DNA of 64,000 nt from Gracilinanus agilis. Lineage: Eukaryota. Shown in pieces: positions 38,030 to 51,639 of this stretch. The stretch spans positions 198,338,162 to 198,402,161 of the forward strand of contig NC_058131.1 of assembly GCF_016433145.1 (NCBI RefSeq), read 5' to 3'. The translations under genes and the position numbers were made by a program. The first letter of the stretch is position 1. Each line of letters opens with the position of its first letter. Below the pieces are notes generated by a model. That model saw only the letters and a program-made list of their open reading frames with translations. It was not told the origin of the DNA and searched no databases.

Positions 38030-39910
38030 CAATTAACTTCATTAAGCATTTTTTGCTAGGCATGGGGAATATGAAGAAAAAAAATCAAATCATCCTTCTT
38101 GACCTCAAAGATCTTACTTTTGATGTGAGAAGGAACAAATGAATTAGTTAGCCAATAAAGTTTTATTAAATACCAATTTTACTGAGAAGGAAGAATAAGA
38201 ACAGAATTAAATTACATATCTTGTGCCTTCAGGTACGAAGGATCATAAGTAGGATTTTATTTTGGATCTTCTTGGACTCTCTCTACAGTGTAGACTCTAC
38301 AGTCACTTTACAGTGACACATAGCTTCTTGAAGGCAAAAAATATTTTGATTTTTATATTTATATTTTATGTGTTTAACATGATGTGTGACACATGATGAG
38401 TCAATAAATGCTATTTGTGTACTCATGAGCAAGAACAAAATGTACAGAATACATGCAAAAATCATGTGAATCAGTTTTAGAAATGAGTACTATAGCATGT
38501 AGGGCATCCACTAAAGCTACATGAAGAAAGTACTAATTGGCTGAGTTTTACAGGAAACTTGATATTTCAAAATCTTGCAATGAAGAAGAGTCTTTCAGGA
38601 AAGAGGAATCAGTCAGCTCATAAGAAAAAATGAGAGATGAATTGTCATGTGTAAGAAGCATCATGTAAAACAGTATGATTGAATGATGGAGTGCATTGAG
38701 GGCATATTATTCTTCCTTTATTTTGAAGAGGACTGATGACATCATGGGGTGAGACTTGACTTATGCATGAATTGGATTTAAATGAGGTAGAACTGGATAA
38801 AGTCATCAACTTTATCTTTCAGTTATCATGTATAGTAACAAAACGGAAGTCAAGATGATTGGCAATGACCTGGAATTCAGTGGATGACCTTGCCATCTTT
38901 GATACCTGACTGAAATATAAACACTTCATAGCACCTGCTTTAGCCATCTTTATGGCTATTGGAGTAATTTATTCTCATCTACCTATTCTGTTGGGGAAGT
39001 CTTCACATGCTTGGGATAGACACCCACCCTCCATCAATTTGCTGATGGTTTTGTGGCATTTTGTTTACCTCCAATCTGGTTTATCTGGTCTGTTGATATG
39101 GTTTTACCAGGATGTGGTTGCTGTGAATGCTATAGCTTCTTTGAGCCATGGTAAGAGTTAGGTGAGAAGCAGACACCAAAGGTGGATGAACAACTCTGAA
39201 AAGGAATCAACGAGTCAGCAATAACATGTGGAAAGGTAGGCAAAGGCCAAATTATTAGCTTTACATGGCAGATAGAATGTTTTTATTTATTTCTAGAGAT
39301 AATACATAATAGGGAAGTGCTAGAATTTATTGAGTAGAGGGGTGACACTTTCATACCTGTGCTTTGGAGAAATAACTTTGGAAATTGAATGAAGGATGGA
39401 TTGAACGGACAGAAGACTTTACATGATTTATATGATATCATTTTCATTTATTTATGTCAAAGGAGGCCAATATCATGATGGTACATGGAATACCATTGTC
39501 TTTTATACTGTCTGGACAAGTATTTCAGGGTTTGAGTTCTCTCTAGTCCCCTCATCCTCATAAGTACTTTCACTATAATGGTTCGTTCTTAATAAGGAGA
39601 CCTATTAGAAAGCTATTGTAATACTCCAAGAGGAAAAAAGAAACTGAACCTAAGACAAAGGAGTGTAAAAAGAATAAATGATGAAAATATAAGGAGATAG
39701 AAATGACAAGTTTTGACAGTTAGTTCAAAATGTGGGGTGAGGGAGTCATTCTTTGTCCTTTGTTTTTGAAGAGGGCCAATGGCATTATGGGGTGACCTCT
39801 TGACTTGTGTAAGTTAGAAACCAAAGGTGGCTGTAGGGTGAGGGAGAGTGAAGAATCTGACTTAAAATATGCAAAATTATTACAAGATGATTTAATGGAG
39901 AAAGAAATCA
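38030..39910 (-). mobile_element. Fragmented L2 carrying RTE and duplicated-segment insertions
   Basis: Antisense L2 pieces at ~38030-38130, 38380-38700, 39222-39420 and 39580-39910; boundaries approximate. Confidence 0.55.
38707..39220. mobile_element. Marsupial RTE-clade LINE / RTE-SINE 5' region
   Basis: CCTTTATTTTGAAGAGGACTGATGACATCATGGGGTGA...GAATTGGATTTAAATGAGG resembles the recalled marsupial RTE/WALLSI-type 5' end. Confidence 0.6.
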
Positions 39911-41715
39911 AGCAGTTTATTAATATTTTTTCATATATTGACTGTTATTAATCCAATTCTTCCTTTACCCTTCACATTCAATTAGGGTTTTTTAGCCTCA
40001 TAGCTAATGGGAATCAGCAGAGGAATAAACCTATTATCAGAGAGAAAAAGTTCATGATGATATGATTATCATTTCTTCATGTCACAGGAGGCCAAACTCA
40101 TAATGGTACATGGAACATCATTGTCTTTTATATCATCTGGATAAGTATTTCAGGTTTTGAGTTCCCTCTGGCCTCCTCATCCTCATAAGCACTTTCCCTA
40201 TAATGATAATTCAAAATAAAAGCTTACTTTTGAACATTTGTTTCTTATGTTCTCTATGTTGGTGAACATTTTAGACTTTTAAGTCCTTTATTGCATGGAA
40301 GCCTTTTCTAGGGTGTGATTCTTCAGTACTGATGGCTTCTTTCACTTGCATTTGAGGAGGAGTTGTTGAGTGTAGTGAATCTTCATTTTCTGGACATGAC
40401 AATGCACACATCACTACATGATCTCATTAATGTGTCTGAATGTGTAACAAGCTCTTCATGTTTTCTGCAACATAAGTTTGAAGAATTTTGTTACTTTTTT
40501 GGAAATAAAGATATTTGAAGATGCATTTATTTATTGAATTTCTTTTGAATTTTTAAAAATGTGTTACCTGTGTACAAAAGCACTTTTTAAGATGCTAGAG
40601 AGGAAATAAAGAAACTATAAAAAGAATAATGATTGATGACAATGATGATAAAAAGGGGAAAGCAAAGTTTTTCAATAGAAACTTCAGTAGCTCTGAAATC
40701 TGAGGGCCTGGGTTCAAATCTTTATTATGTTTCTTACTTGGGTGATCTTGGATGAGTAATTTCAGTTCTCTGGCATTTCTTTATCAATAAAATAAAGAAT
40801 GTGGACAGGATGGCTTCTGAGATCTTTTCCAGCACCAGAAATGTGAATTCTTTTGTACAAAGCACCTTAAACTGGGCAAAGTGTCTGATATACATTATCT
40901 TATTTGAGCCTCAAAAACACCAATGGGAGAAAGTGCTTATTATAGTCTATCAGAAAATCATGAACTTGCTCAATGATAATTCAAAATAAAATGTGCTGAA
41001 TGCATAAAAGGGGAAACAATAAATTGCTGAGATTTCACAGGGGGGTGATTTTCTGCTGATGGTGACCAGGAATAGCTTCAGGATAATTTAGCATTTGAAT
41101 CAAGTCTAGAATGATTGCAAGGCTGTTAGAAGGTAAGTATTTGGAAGTTGAAATCCCAGATGTAGGAGATGAAATGAATAAAAAAATACAGAAGCACAAA
41201 AAAGGAAAGTTCAAGTGATTGTAAAAGACACAGTTTTTCTTAAAGAGGAATTGAAAGAAACATTGTGAAATGAGAACATCATAATAGAATAGAGCTGCTT
41301 ATGGCCATGGTAAGTCCCATTTTTGTTTGATACATGAACATTTTTAAAATCCAACTTTAACCATCACCAACTGTCTTTCTCTACTCTGGTTCTTCTTAAC
41401 AATTTTAGTGCTGCCTCATTGCTAGCACTGAAGAAATTATCTCCTTTTTCTCTTTGTCCATATACTCAGAATAGCACTTAATCATCTTTGGAAAAAGAGC
41501 AAGGTCAGAGATAACACAGAGGCTACCCTAAGATAACTATTTAAAAAATAAAGCTACTATTATCTCAACACAACTGTTTTTAACTTTAAAAATGTTCTCA
41601 GTTCATCTAAATTTATGATCCCTTGAACTTTTTCCATTTTAGTGTATGAGCTATGCTGTTTTTGTAGTGTTACAGTCATCTCAAATTAAATGAAATCCTG
41701 TGGCACATTTTAAAA

Positions 41716-41929
41716 CTGTGTTGGTGAGTGAGTGTATGTATGTGTGCCAGAGGGGGCACTCGGAGTCCTCTCTTTGGGAAGGTCCACCATCAGCCCAGCT
41801 CAGAGTACATTAGAATTTGTTACTAGAAAGGCAGAGGGACTTGGGCCAGGCTGCTAACTGTTCCCTTTCCACATACACCTGAAGACACTTCTCACATCAT
41901 ATGCCTCTCTAAAAGATAAAACATCACTG
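41716..41929 (+). mobile_element. hAT MITE (internally shortened relative of 1955-2402)
   Basis: Decayed TIRs CTGTGTTGGTGA / AAACATCACTG. Perfect TSD TTTTAAAA at 41708-41715 and 41930-41937. Shares TTAC(T/C)AGAAAGGCAGAGGGACTTGG with 1955-2402. Confidence 0.8.
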
Positions 41930-42666
41930 TTTTAAAAGAAGTTAGAAGCAAGCAGGTGCCCATGTATATTGTTAAACAATGTCAGCTTATAAAGAGTTTT
42001 TAATTTAGGTCATGACTTAGACTATGTCAGAAAATTTAGGGCTATGGATTTTAGAATCCTAGGAGTTGATAGATTTTTAATGCTTTACACAAAAAAATAA
42101 ATTTCTTACCTATTGTGAGAATTAAGTAAGATAATATGTGTAAAGCACCTTTTAAACCTCCAAATATTTTAGAATGGAATTAATTTCTTTAAATATTCTT
42201 ATTTAGAGTAGCTTATTTTACTTATTCTTTTTTCTTCTTTATACTCACACTAAGAAGAGAAAGATAAAATATTTCAATTGTACTGCTAATGTATGCTTCT
42301 CCCTACCCTGTGGGAAAAAAGTTGTTCTTTCTTTTTGTGCCCTTTCTTTTCTTCTTCTTCTTCTAATCAGGAAGCCTTAATAGAGAACCAGATGGTGACT
42401 TATATTGTTCTATAACTTTAGGGAATATAGCTGGGTCTCACTTCAAAGTCTGTTCCAGGTATGCATTTCTGATACATGTCAAGGATGAATGCTAACACCT
42501 CAAAGAAATTATTCAGTCTTCTCAACCATACATACCTAGTAAATATACTCAAGATATTAACAGGAGAGGTTCTGAAACATGTTTAGAAACTGAAATTTTT
42601 TTCTTAAAAGGGATTCAGATGGAATTTTCTTTCCAAAATTATTTTATTTCATTGTCACTTCTAGTG

Positions 42667-43001
42667 CACGGTTCTTAACTTGTAGTCTGTGAGGACACAC
42701 ACATACACACACATCCTGAAAAAAAGTTAAATATATACATATATATGTATATGTATATGTATATATATATACACACACATTTATTTATTTATTTGCACAT
42801 ATGTATATGCATATGTACATTACTTCACATTTCTATATACATATACATACATATATAGAAAACTGTATTTAAATCTAATTTGTTTCATTTATAATCCTGT
42901 GTGTTTTACTTTAGAAAATCACTTGAGAAGGGATTAGTCTATAGGTTTCACCAGACTATCAAAGAGGTCAATAACACACACAAAAAGGTTAAGAATCCCT
43001 G
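42667..43001 (+). mobile_element. MER5/Charlie-like hAT MITE with internal (CA)/(TA) tracts
   Basis: TIRs CACGGTTCTTAACT / AGGTTAAGAATCCCTG; microsatellite expansion at ~42695-42860. Confidence 0.7.
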
Positions 43002-43124
43002 ATTTAATCTTTTCCTCTGCCAATTCTTTTACATTTTCTAAGAGTAAAAGAACTATCTTGGATCATTACATGTTGAGAAACAATCACAAAATATTGATCT
43101 TGGAGGAAGAATAACTTTGAATAT

Positions 43125-43575
43125 CTTAAAATCATTGGTTCTACTATTTAACTATAAGAAACAATGAGCAGGATGATTTCAGAAAAATCAGGACTTATAT
43201 GAACTGATGCATAGTGAAGTGAGCAGAACTAGTTGTAAATAGTAACAGCAATATTTTTGATGAGTGATTGTGAATGACCTAATTAATCTTAGCAATGCAG
43301 TGATCTAAGGCAGTCCCAGAGTCTCATGATGAAAAATGACATTTGCCTTCAGAGAAAGAACTGATGAAATCTGAATTCAGACTCAAACATACTATATTTC
43401 ACTTTCTTCTTTTATTTGAGCTCTTCCACAAAATGACTAACATGGAAAATTATTTTATATGATTACATATGTAAAATCTATGTCAGACTGCTTATTGTTT
43501 GGGGGATGGGTTGAGGTGGAAAGGAATGAAAGAAGGATGGTGAGAAAGAGGGAGAGAATTTGGAATTCATTTTTT
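43125..43575 (+). mobile_element. Old L1 3' end
   Basis: ATATGAACTGATGCATAGTGAAGTGAGCAGAAC...CTTCAGAGAAAGAACTGATG, L1 ORF2 end and 3'UTR. Confidence 0.75.
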
Positions 43576-43835
43576 TTTACTTTTTTTCTTGTTTACAGCT
43601 GGTTTATTCTTTGATTTAATTGATTAAATTAATGGAGAGTCCAAGTAAGCTTTACTTATATATATAAATGAGGAAACTAGGTCAAAGAAAAAGGTTTTCT
43701 TTTTACCCCCAAATGACACATGTGGCACTGAAGCCTAGAGTTTAGGTCTTTTCTCATTCAGTATTCTGCATAGTATGTTATTAGATGATATCACACAGAA
43801 AAATCTTTCTTGGGCCAAGAAAAGATGGATAGTTA

Positions 43836-43880
43836 GATGATGATGATGATGATGATGATGATATTGATGATGATGGTGAT
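43836..43880. repeat. (GAT)n trinucleotide repeat
   Basis: About 8 perfect units plus a degenerate extension. Confidence 0.9.
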
Positions 43881-44049
43881 TGAATTTGGAGTTGGAGGTT
43901 TTCCTTCCATTTGAACCTTTCTGACCCTTCCCACTCTAAATATTAATGTTTTCTTGGAGACTTTCTCCAACCTCTTTCACCCTTCCATTATATTGGTCTT
44001 CTCCTCCCTTTCCCATGCATTTCTTGATGAAATATAAAATTACACCATT

Positions 44050-44746
44050 TTATTTATTTTCCCATTCCTCTTAGTATTATCCTCTTTTTTTACTCCAGAA
44101 TTATCCTCTTTTTAATCCTAGCATATATTTTCACTTCATCCTAAATAGTTTGTCACTTCTCTCTAATTCTCTCTAAGTATACTTCTTCTAGCTACCCAGA
44201 TGATAATAACAATTTTTAAGAGTTACCAATATTATCATTTCTTATAGGAATGCAAATTATTAGAACTTATTGGATCCCTTAACAAAGTTTTTGCTTTCCT
44301 TGTTTGTCCCCTTCTTAATTATCTTTCAGTGATTCTCTTGAGTTCTCTGTTTGGGCACCAAATTTTCTGTTTAAGCCTGGTCTTTTATTTATGAATGCTA
44401 TGAAGTCTTCTATTTTAATAAATGACCATAATTTCTCCTGCAAAAATATAGTCAGTTCTGCTGGGTTGTGATTCTTGGATATAGACCCAGTTTCCTTACT
44501 TTCTGGAATATCATCTTTCATGCTTTTTGGTCTTTCAGTGTGGATATAACCAGGTCCTGTGTTATCCTAACTGTGGTTCTGTGATAACTGAATGGTTTCT
44601 TCTTAGGAGTTTGTAGTATCTTTTCCTTGGTCTGGTAGTTCTTCAATTTGGGTATAAAATTCCTAGGCATTGTCAGTTGGGGATTAAATATAGGAGGTGA
44701 TATGTGGATTTGTTCATTCTCCAGTTTTCCCTCTTGTTCAAGAATG
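44050..44746 (-). mobile_element. L1 ORF1 C-terminal fragment
   Basis: ORF 44315-44521(-) includes KLWSFIKIEDFIAFINKRPGLNRKF, an L1 ORF1p CTD-like segment. Confidence 0.8.
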
Positions 44747-45424
44747 TTGCTATTCTGATTGACTAGATTAGGCTGATGGAGTATTAATGAGTCCGGAAGT
44801 CAGATCTTTCCCAGTTGTCAGCAAAAGCTAAACGTGTAGGTGAAGGTGTGGAGGCTCAAAGAAGGTATGCTTCCTGCCCTTTTATCAAGGTATTCTGTCA
44901 AGGTTGCAGCCTTCTCTCTGGGATCGAAATCAGCAGGATTCTTACAGGTGCTCTCAGCACAGTCCATGGGGGAAGAGTGTTGGGAATTCCATAGCATTAT
45001 TTAGAATTAGAAAATGTCAGATCTAGAAGTTACTTTAGAGCTTTTCTAGTCCAAGTACAGATTAAAAGAGAGATGTAATGACTTGCTAAAATAAATGCAT
45101 CTAACTAGATAACTGAAGAGACTATACCAGAACTCATTTTCCAAATTCTAGTGTCTAGTCATTTGGCTTTATTTCATCTCTAAGTAAACTCTTTATTTAT
45201 TATTATATCTAAGAAAACTCAGTGCTTACCACTATTGTTGTTTTAATGAAAGGGTAAGCATTTAATTAAAGAGTAAATCTACTATATATCAAAACTGTAT
45301 TTCATGTGAGAGATAGAAATAAAAAAGTGAGACAATCTTGTCAACAGAGATATTACCTCATGAGTGGCCAAGGAGGGAAGTTTTCATAGGATGTGTCACA
45401 GGGATGGTCAGTAGAATCAGTTTT

Positions 45425-47100
45425 TTAATTTATAAATTTTTATTATTTTAAGATTATATATCAATACAATTTCTTAATATTTGAATTTCTGATATTTTGC
45501 AATCTCTTTTGCAATCTCTATTTTCTTTCTTCCTCCCATTCCTCCCCTCCTGTAATAAAGTAGATGATGTCATATAGGGTATACATATATTATCATATAA
45601 TGCATGTTTTCATGTTCCTCATGTTGAAAAAGAAGACACATCTTGCCTACAAAGTAGAAAATTTCATGGAGGAAATGAAATAAGTAATGGTATATTTCAA
45701 TTTGCATTCAGATTCCATCTGTTCCTTCTATTGTGGCAGATAGTCTCTTGGTTGTCCTACTTCTTTTTGATAAGAGTTGCCATTCACAATTCAACTTACA
45801 ATATTGTTGTTACTATGTAGAACATTCTCTTCATTCTGCACACGTCACTTATTTCATTTCATATAAGTCTTCAAGTTTGGGGGTGATCATCTTGTTTGTC
45901 ATTTCATATGGAATAAAATTATCCCATTATATACATATACCATAATTTGTTCAGTTGATGGACATCCCTTCAGTTTCCAGTTCTTTTCCACCACAAACTG
46001 GGTTGTTTAAATTTTTTTATATAAGTGCAGATAAGTTCATTTCCCTTGTATTTAATGTCCTTGAGATACAGACCTAGTAGTGCTGGGTCAATGGGTATGC
46101 CTAGTTTTATAGTTCTTTGGGCATGGTTTCAGATTTTTCACCAGAATGGTTATATCAGTTCACAGCCCTACCAGCAATGTATTAGGGGTCTCATTTTTTT
46201 CTATATCCCATCTAGAATTCATCATTTTCCTTTTTTTGTCATGTTAGCCAGTCTAATGGGTATGAAATGGTACCTTAGAGTGGTTTTGCATTAATTTACG
46301 TTTCTCTAATCAATGATGATTTGGAAAATTTTTTATGACTTTGACCATTTATCACCTGGTAAATACTTTGTATTTTTATAAATTTGAACCATTTCTCTAT
46401 ATATTTGAGAAACGAAGCCTTTTGCAAAGAGATATGCTATAAGGACTTTTTCCCAGATTGTTCTTTGTCTTTTTAATCTTAACTGTATTGGTTTAGTTTT
46501 TGCAGAAACTTTTTCATTTAATGTAGTCAGACTTATCTATTTTACATCTCATAATTTTCTTCATATATTTATATTAATTCTTTCCTTATCCATAAGTCTG
46601 ACAGGTAAATCATTTTATGCTTCCCAAATCTGTGTGTGTATTATCACCCTATTTTTCTAAATCATGTATCCATTTTTTACTTTACCTTTGAATATAGCAC
46701 AAGGTGTTGTTTTATACTTAATTTCTGCTATACTTTTTTTCTGTTTTACAAGCAGTTTTTTTCAAATAGTGAGTTCTTCCACAAGCTAGAGTCTTTGGGT
46801 TTGTCCAAGATTAGGTTACTACAATCATTTGCCATTGTGTGTTGAGTACCTAGTCTAGTTCATTGGTCTTCCACTCTATTTCATAGCCAGTATCATATTG
46901 TTTTGGTGGTTGCCATGTTATACTATAGCTTGACATCTAGTTCAGCAAAGCCATCTTCCTTCATTTTATTTTCATTAATCCCCTTGAATTCTAGGTGTTT
47001 TTTCTTTCACATGAATTTTGTTATTATTTTTTCTTTCAGTAGAATTTTAACACAGTTCACTATCACAGCTTTTCCAGAATGGCATATGAATTGAGAGTAT
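45425..47100 (-). mobile_element. Old L1 3' region
   Basis: Antisense 3'UTR and ORF2 (GTTGATGGACATCCCTTCAGTTTCCAGTTCTTTTCCACCAC; GAAATGGTACCTTAGAGTGG). Confidence 0.8.
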
Positions 47101-48303
47101 TGATTATTATATTGTATTTTTTAACTCTGATCTGAAATGTTTTCAGTTCATATTTTCCATGTACATTAACAGAACACAAAAGAATATATAAGAAGCTATG
47201 AATCTCCATTTTATATTATTTGTTTTATTAAAAATAGTATGTAATAAAGTCTACATATTGCATTTAAAACTATCATAATCATTGGTGCTTCCTTATGAAT
47301 TTCCTAATATTCTTGTTCGTACATATATAAAAATATTTCCATGGACTCTTTCTCTGTAAGTTGGGGTACAGTATGATTATTACTCCTCCCTGTGACTTCT
47401 AAATTGCAAAGTGACTTTCTAAAAATCGTGAGGCTTGTCCATGAGTTATCTACTTCTATTCCCTCTGAATGAGGTATCTTCCAGGCTTGCCTGCATCTAT
47501 TTGTCTTGTCCTTTTGGTTGATGGAATTTGAAGGGGGAGGGCAATTCTAGGGTATAACAAGGAACTTACTAAATTCCTTAGTTGAATTCTTCATAATTTT
47601 TTTCCAGTGAATTTTCCTGATTTTATTAAATCAGGTCTCTGAGAACTAGGCTTTCTACCTCCATTAAATCAGTCATCATGATTGAAAACATATTAGTATG
47701 CTAAAAACCCCTTACTGTGTGTGTTGGTGATATGCTTATTTAAAATATACAAAAATTATATTGATTTTTGTCATTTATATCACCTTCATTTCTGAAAAAA
47801 TATGCATATATAGCCTCCTTTTACTGGAAAATTATATCATGTAATAAAGAAAAAAATGAAAGACAAGGGAAAATACAGTTCATTAAAATTAAACAACATA
47901 AGAGTAGAATATGATAATTTGCCATAGAGAAGGTCCCATAGTCATAGACCTCCACATCTTCAATGAAGAAGCTATAGATTCCAAAGAATGGAGGTACATT
48001 TTCTCATTTTTTCTATGAAGAAAATTTTGAACATTATAATTACATGGCATTTAAGTTTTGTCTTTATCATTTTTTTTCATTTGTAGCCATCCTGTATTTT
48101 TTTAAAACTGGTTATTACTTCAGTTAGTATCATATCATTATCATCTTGTCATTTCAAGGCTTCTATGTGTATTCTTCATATTGTCTCCTTGATGTAATAA
48201 TATCACTTCCCAATTATTTAACATGATTTATTTAGCTATTTTCTGATAGATAAGCATATACTTTGTTTCTAATTTGTTTCTGTTACAGAAATTGCTATTA
48301 TAC

Positions 48304-51008
48304 CACACAAAGAGAGCATGGGAAGGGGAGGGGATGAATACTATTATAAAATGGAGAGGAAGAGAGCATTAAGAGATCATATTTAAACCTTACTCTCAGC
48401 GTAATTAACCCTGAGAGGGAAAAGTAGCTATATGCATTGGGATATAGAATTCTATCTAACCCTACAGAGAAAGTCAGAAGGGATTAACCAATGGGAGCAG
48501 AAGAGTGGGGAGGTCAAAAAAGGGAGGGAAGGAGAGGAGAAAGGGAATTCATTAGACCTTAAAAAATAAAAAGAGGGGACTAATAAGGGAGGGGGTGGAA
48601 AGGGATGTAAATCAAGGATGGGGACAAGAGGGACTGGTCTAAAACAAACCACTGGTTTAAAAGGAAATAGCGTGAGAAGAAGGAGTAGAACTAGGAGAAG
48701 ATACCAAAATGTTGGGGAATACACAACTGATAATTATAACTTTGAATGTGAATAGGATGAACTTGCCCATAAAACAGAAGGAAATAGCAGAGTGGATTAG
48801 AAACCAAAATCCTACCATATCACATATGAAGTGAGTGGACATACACACGTTTAAGGTAAAGGGCTTGAGCAAAATCTTTTGGGCTTCAAATGAAAAAAAG
48901 AAGGCAGAAGTGGTGATCATGAACTCTGACAAAGCCAAAGTAAAAATAGATTTGGTTAAATGAGATAGGGAAGGTAATTCCTTCCTGATAAAAGGCAGTA
49001 TAGACAATGAGGAAATAACAGTACTCAACATGTATGTACCAAATGGTATAGTATCCAGATTCCTAAAGGAGAAACCAGCAGAGCTGAAGAAGGAAATAGA
49101 TAGTAAAACCGTACTAGTGGGAGATCTAAATATTATTCTTTAAGATTTAGATAAATCAAACAAAAAATAAATAAGAAAGAGATAAGAGAGGTAAATGAAA
49201 TCCTAGAAAAATTAGATTTAATAGATATGTGGGGAAAAATAGAGACAAAAAAGGAATACACCTTTTCAGCTGCACATGGTACATTCACAAAGATTGACCA
49301 TGTAATAGGGCATAGAAACATTGCAAACAAATGCAAAAGAACAAAAATAATAAATGTAACCTTCTTAGATCATAATGCAACAAAATAATAATTCGTAAGG
49401 GCACATGGACAGGCAAATCAAAAACTAATTGAAAATTAAATAATATGATTCGTCAAAACCAGTTAGTTGAAGAAATCATCAAAACAATCAATAATTTCAT
49501 TGAAGAGAATGATGATGATGAGACATCCTGCCATACTGTGTGGGATGCAGCTAAGGCAGTACTCAGGGGGAAATTTATATCCCTGAGTCCATGTATTAAC
49601 AAATTAGAGAGGGCAAAAATCAATGAACAGGGCGTGCAAATTAAAAAAAAAAACTAGAAAGGGAACAAATTTAAAATCTCCAGCTAAACATCAAATTAGA
49701 GATTATAAAAATTAAAGGAGAAATCAATAAAATTGAAATTAAAAGAAATCTTAAATTAATAAATAAGACTAGAAGCTGTTACTTTGAAAAAAACAAACAC
49801 AATTGACTAAGTACTGGTTAATCTAATTAAAAAAAGGAAAGAAGAAAACCAAATCATCAGTATCAAAGATGAAAAGGGAGACCTCACCTCTAATGAAGAG
49901 GAAATCAAGGCAATCATTAAAAACTATTTCGTGCAATTATATGGCAATAAATATGGCAATCTAGGGGAGATGGATGAATATGTACAAAAATATAAATTGC
50001 CTAGATTAACAGTAGAAGAAATGGAATATTTCAATAATCCCATATTAGAAAAAGAAATTGAACAAGTCATCAAAGAACTCTCTAAGAAAAAATCCCCAGG
50101 ACCAGATGGATTCACAAGTGAATTCTATCAAACCTGCAAAAGAAAAAAAAAACTAATTCCAATACTATACAAACTATTTGACATAATAAAGAAAGAAGGA
50201 GTTCTACCAAACTCTTTTTATGATACAAATATGCTCCTGATCTCAAAGCCAGGTAGATCAAAAACAGAGAAAGAAAACTACAGACCAATCTCCTTAATGA
50301 ACATAGATGCAAAAATCTTAAACAGAATACTAGGAAAAGACTCCAACAAGTGATCATGAGGGTTATCCATTATTATCAGGTGGGATTTATACCAGGAATT
50401 CAAGGATTGTTCAATATTAGGAAAACCATTCATATAATTGACCATATCAATAAGCAAACCAAGAAAAACCACATGATTATCTCAATATATGCTGAAAAAG
50501 CCTTTGACAAAATACAACACCCATTCCTATTGAAAACACCAGAAAGTATAGGAATAGAAGATCCTTTCCTAAAAATAATAAACATTATATATCTAAAACC
50601 ATCAACAAGCATCATATGCAATGGGGATAAATTAGAAGCCTTCCCAATAAGATCAGGAGTAAAACAAGGATGCCCATTATCGCCTCTATTATTTAACATA
50701 GTACTAGAAACACTAACTATCAATTAGAGAAGAAAAAGAAATTGAATGTATTTAAATAGACAATGTGGAGACTAAGCTATCACTGTTTGCAGATGATATG
50801 ATGGTCTACGTTAAACATCCTAGAGAATCAACTAAAAAGCTAATAGAAATAATCAACAACTTTAGCAAAGTTGCAGGATACAAAATAAATGTACATAAAT
50901 CATCAGCATTTCTATATATTTCCAAAACATCACAGCAGCAAGAGGTAGAAAGAGAAACACCGTTTAAAATCACCTTAGACAATATAAAATACTTAGCAAT
51001 CTATGTAC

Positions 51009-51010
<2 letters not shown>
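48304..51010 (+). mobile_element. L1 inter-ORF spacer plus ORF2 endonuclease and RT, frameshifted, 3'-truncated at (TA)n
   Basis: EN start (GNTQLIIITLNVN) at ~48707. ORFs 49931-50353, 50350-50727 and 50765-51076 give [46 protein letters not shown] and LFADDMMVY. Multiple stops and frameshifts. Confidence 0.95.

Positions 51011-51011
<1 letters not shown>

Positions 51012-51052
<41 letters not shown>
51012..51052. repeat. (TA)~20 microsatellite
   Basis: Perfect run at the L1 breakpoint. Confidence 0.95.
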
Positions 51053-51054
<2 letters not shown>

Positions 51055-51220
51055 GTGTATACTCTTTTGGTTGTAAGGTAGATGAATGGTAAGAGCTATT
51101 GAAAAGAGATTTGTTACTTGTCCAGGAATACAGAGTTAGGAAGTGTATGAGGCCAGAATTGAACCCAGGGCCTCCAGTACTAGGCCTGGCTTTCAGTGCA
51201 ATGTGCCATCTAGCTGCCCC
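51053..51220 (-). mobile_element. Diverged SINE1_Mdo-related SINE
   Basis: GGCCAGAATTGAACCCAGGGCCTCC...CTAGGCCTGGC...CATCTAGCTGCCCC. Confidence 0.75.
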
Positions 51221-51639
51221 TGCTATTTAGCTTTAATCATTTAAAGATTCATTAAAACTTTTGCAACCATTTATATCTTAAATCACAACAATTTTTTGTG
51301 GGGAAATTTTGATTTTGTGGCCAAAGATACAACTGAGAATACTCCAAAGAAAAAATATATCAGTAACTTCATCACTTCTTAAGTAAGATACTTTTTCTGT
51401 TACCCAAGTGATAATATTCTATCATTAGACCTATTCTGCTGAACCCCAAATGGCAAAATGAAGTTTGATAATTAAAACTTTGGAAGACGTATAATTGGGC
51501 CCAAAGTATAGGAAAAAGTTGCCACAAATAAGAACTGTCCAAAACATCAATGGAATGTTTTGTGAATTTCTCATACTAGAGGTCTCCAAACAAAGACTAG
51601 ATAACCACTTATTGATAATTTTTTAGAAATATTTATCAT

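Noticed and set aside
4281-42448. Assorted plus-strand AG...GT pseudo-exons (e.g. ~4281-4325, 7110-7188, 27179-27229, 28387-28466, 42371-42394)
   Set aside because: No recognisable peptides or consistent phase chain; expected frequently in AT-rich DNA.
48304-51076. Longest ORFs (49931-50353, 50350-50727, 50765-51076) as a reverse-transcriptase gene or novel RT system
   Set aside because: They are frameshifted pieces of an ordinary L1 ORF2.
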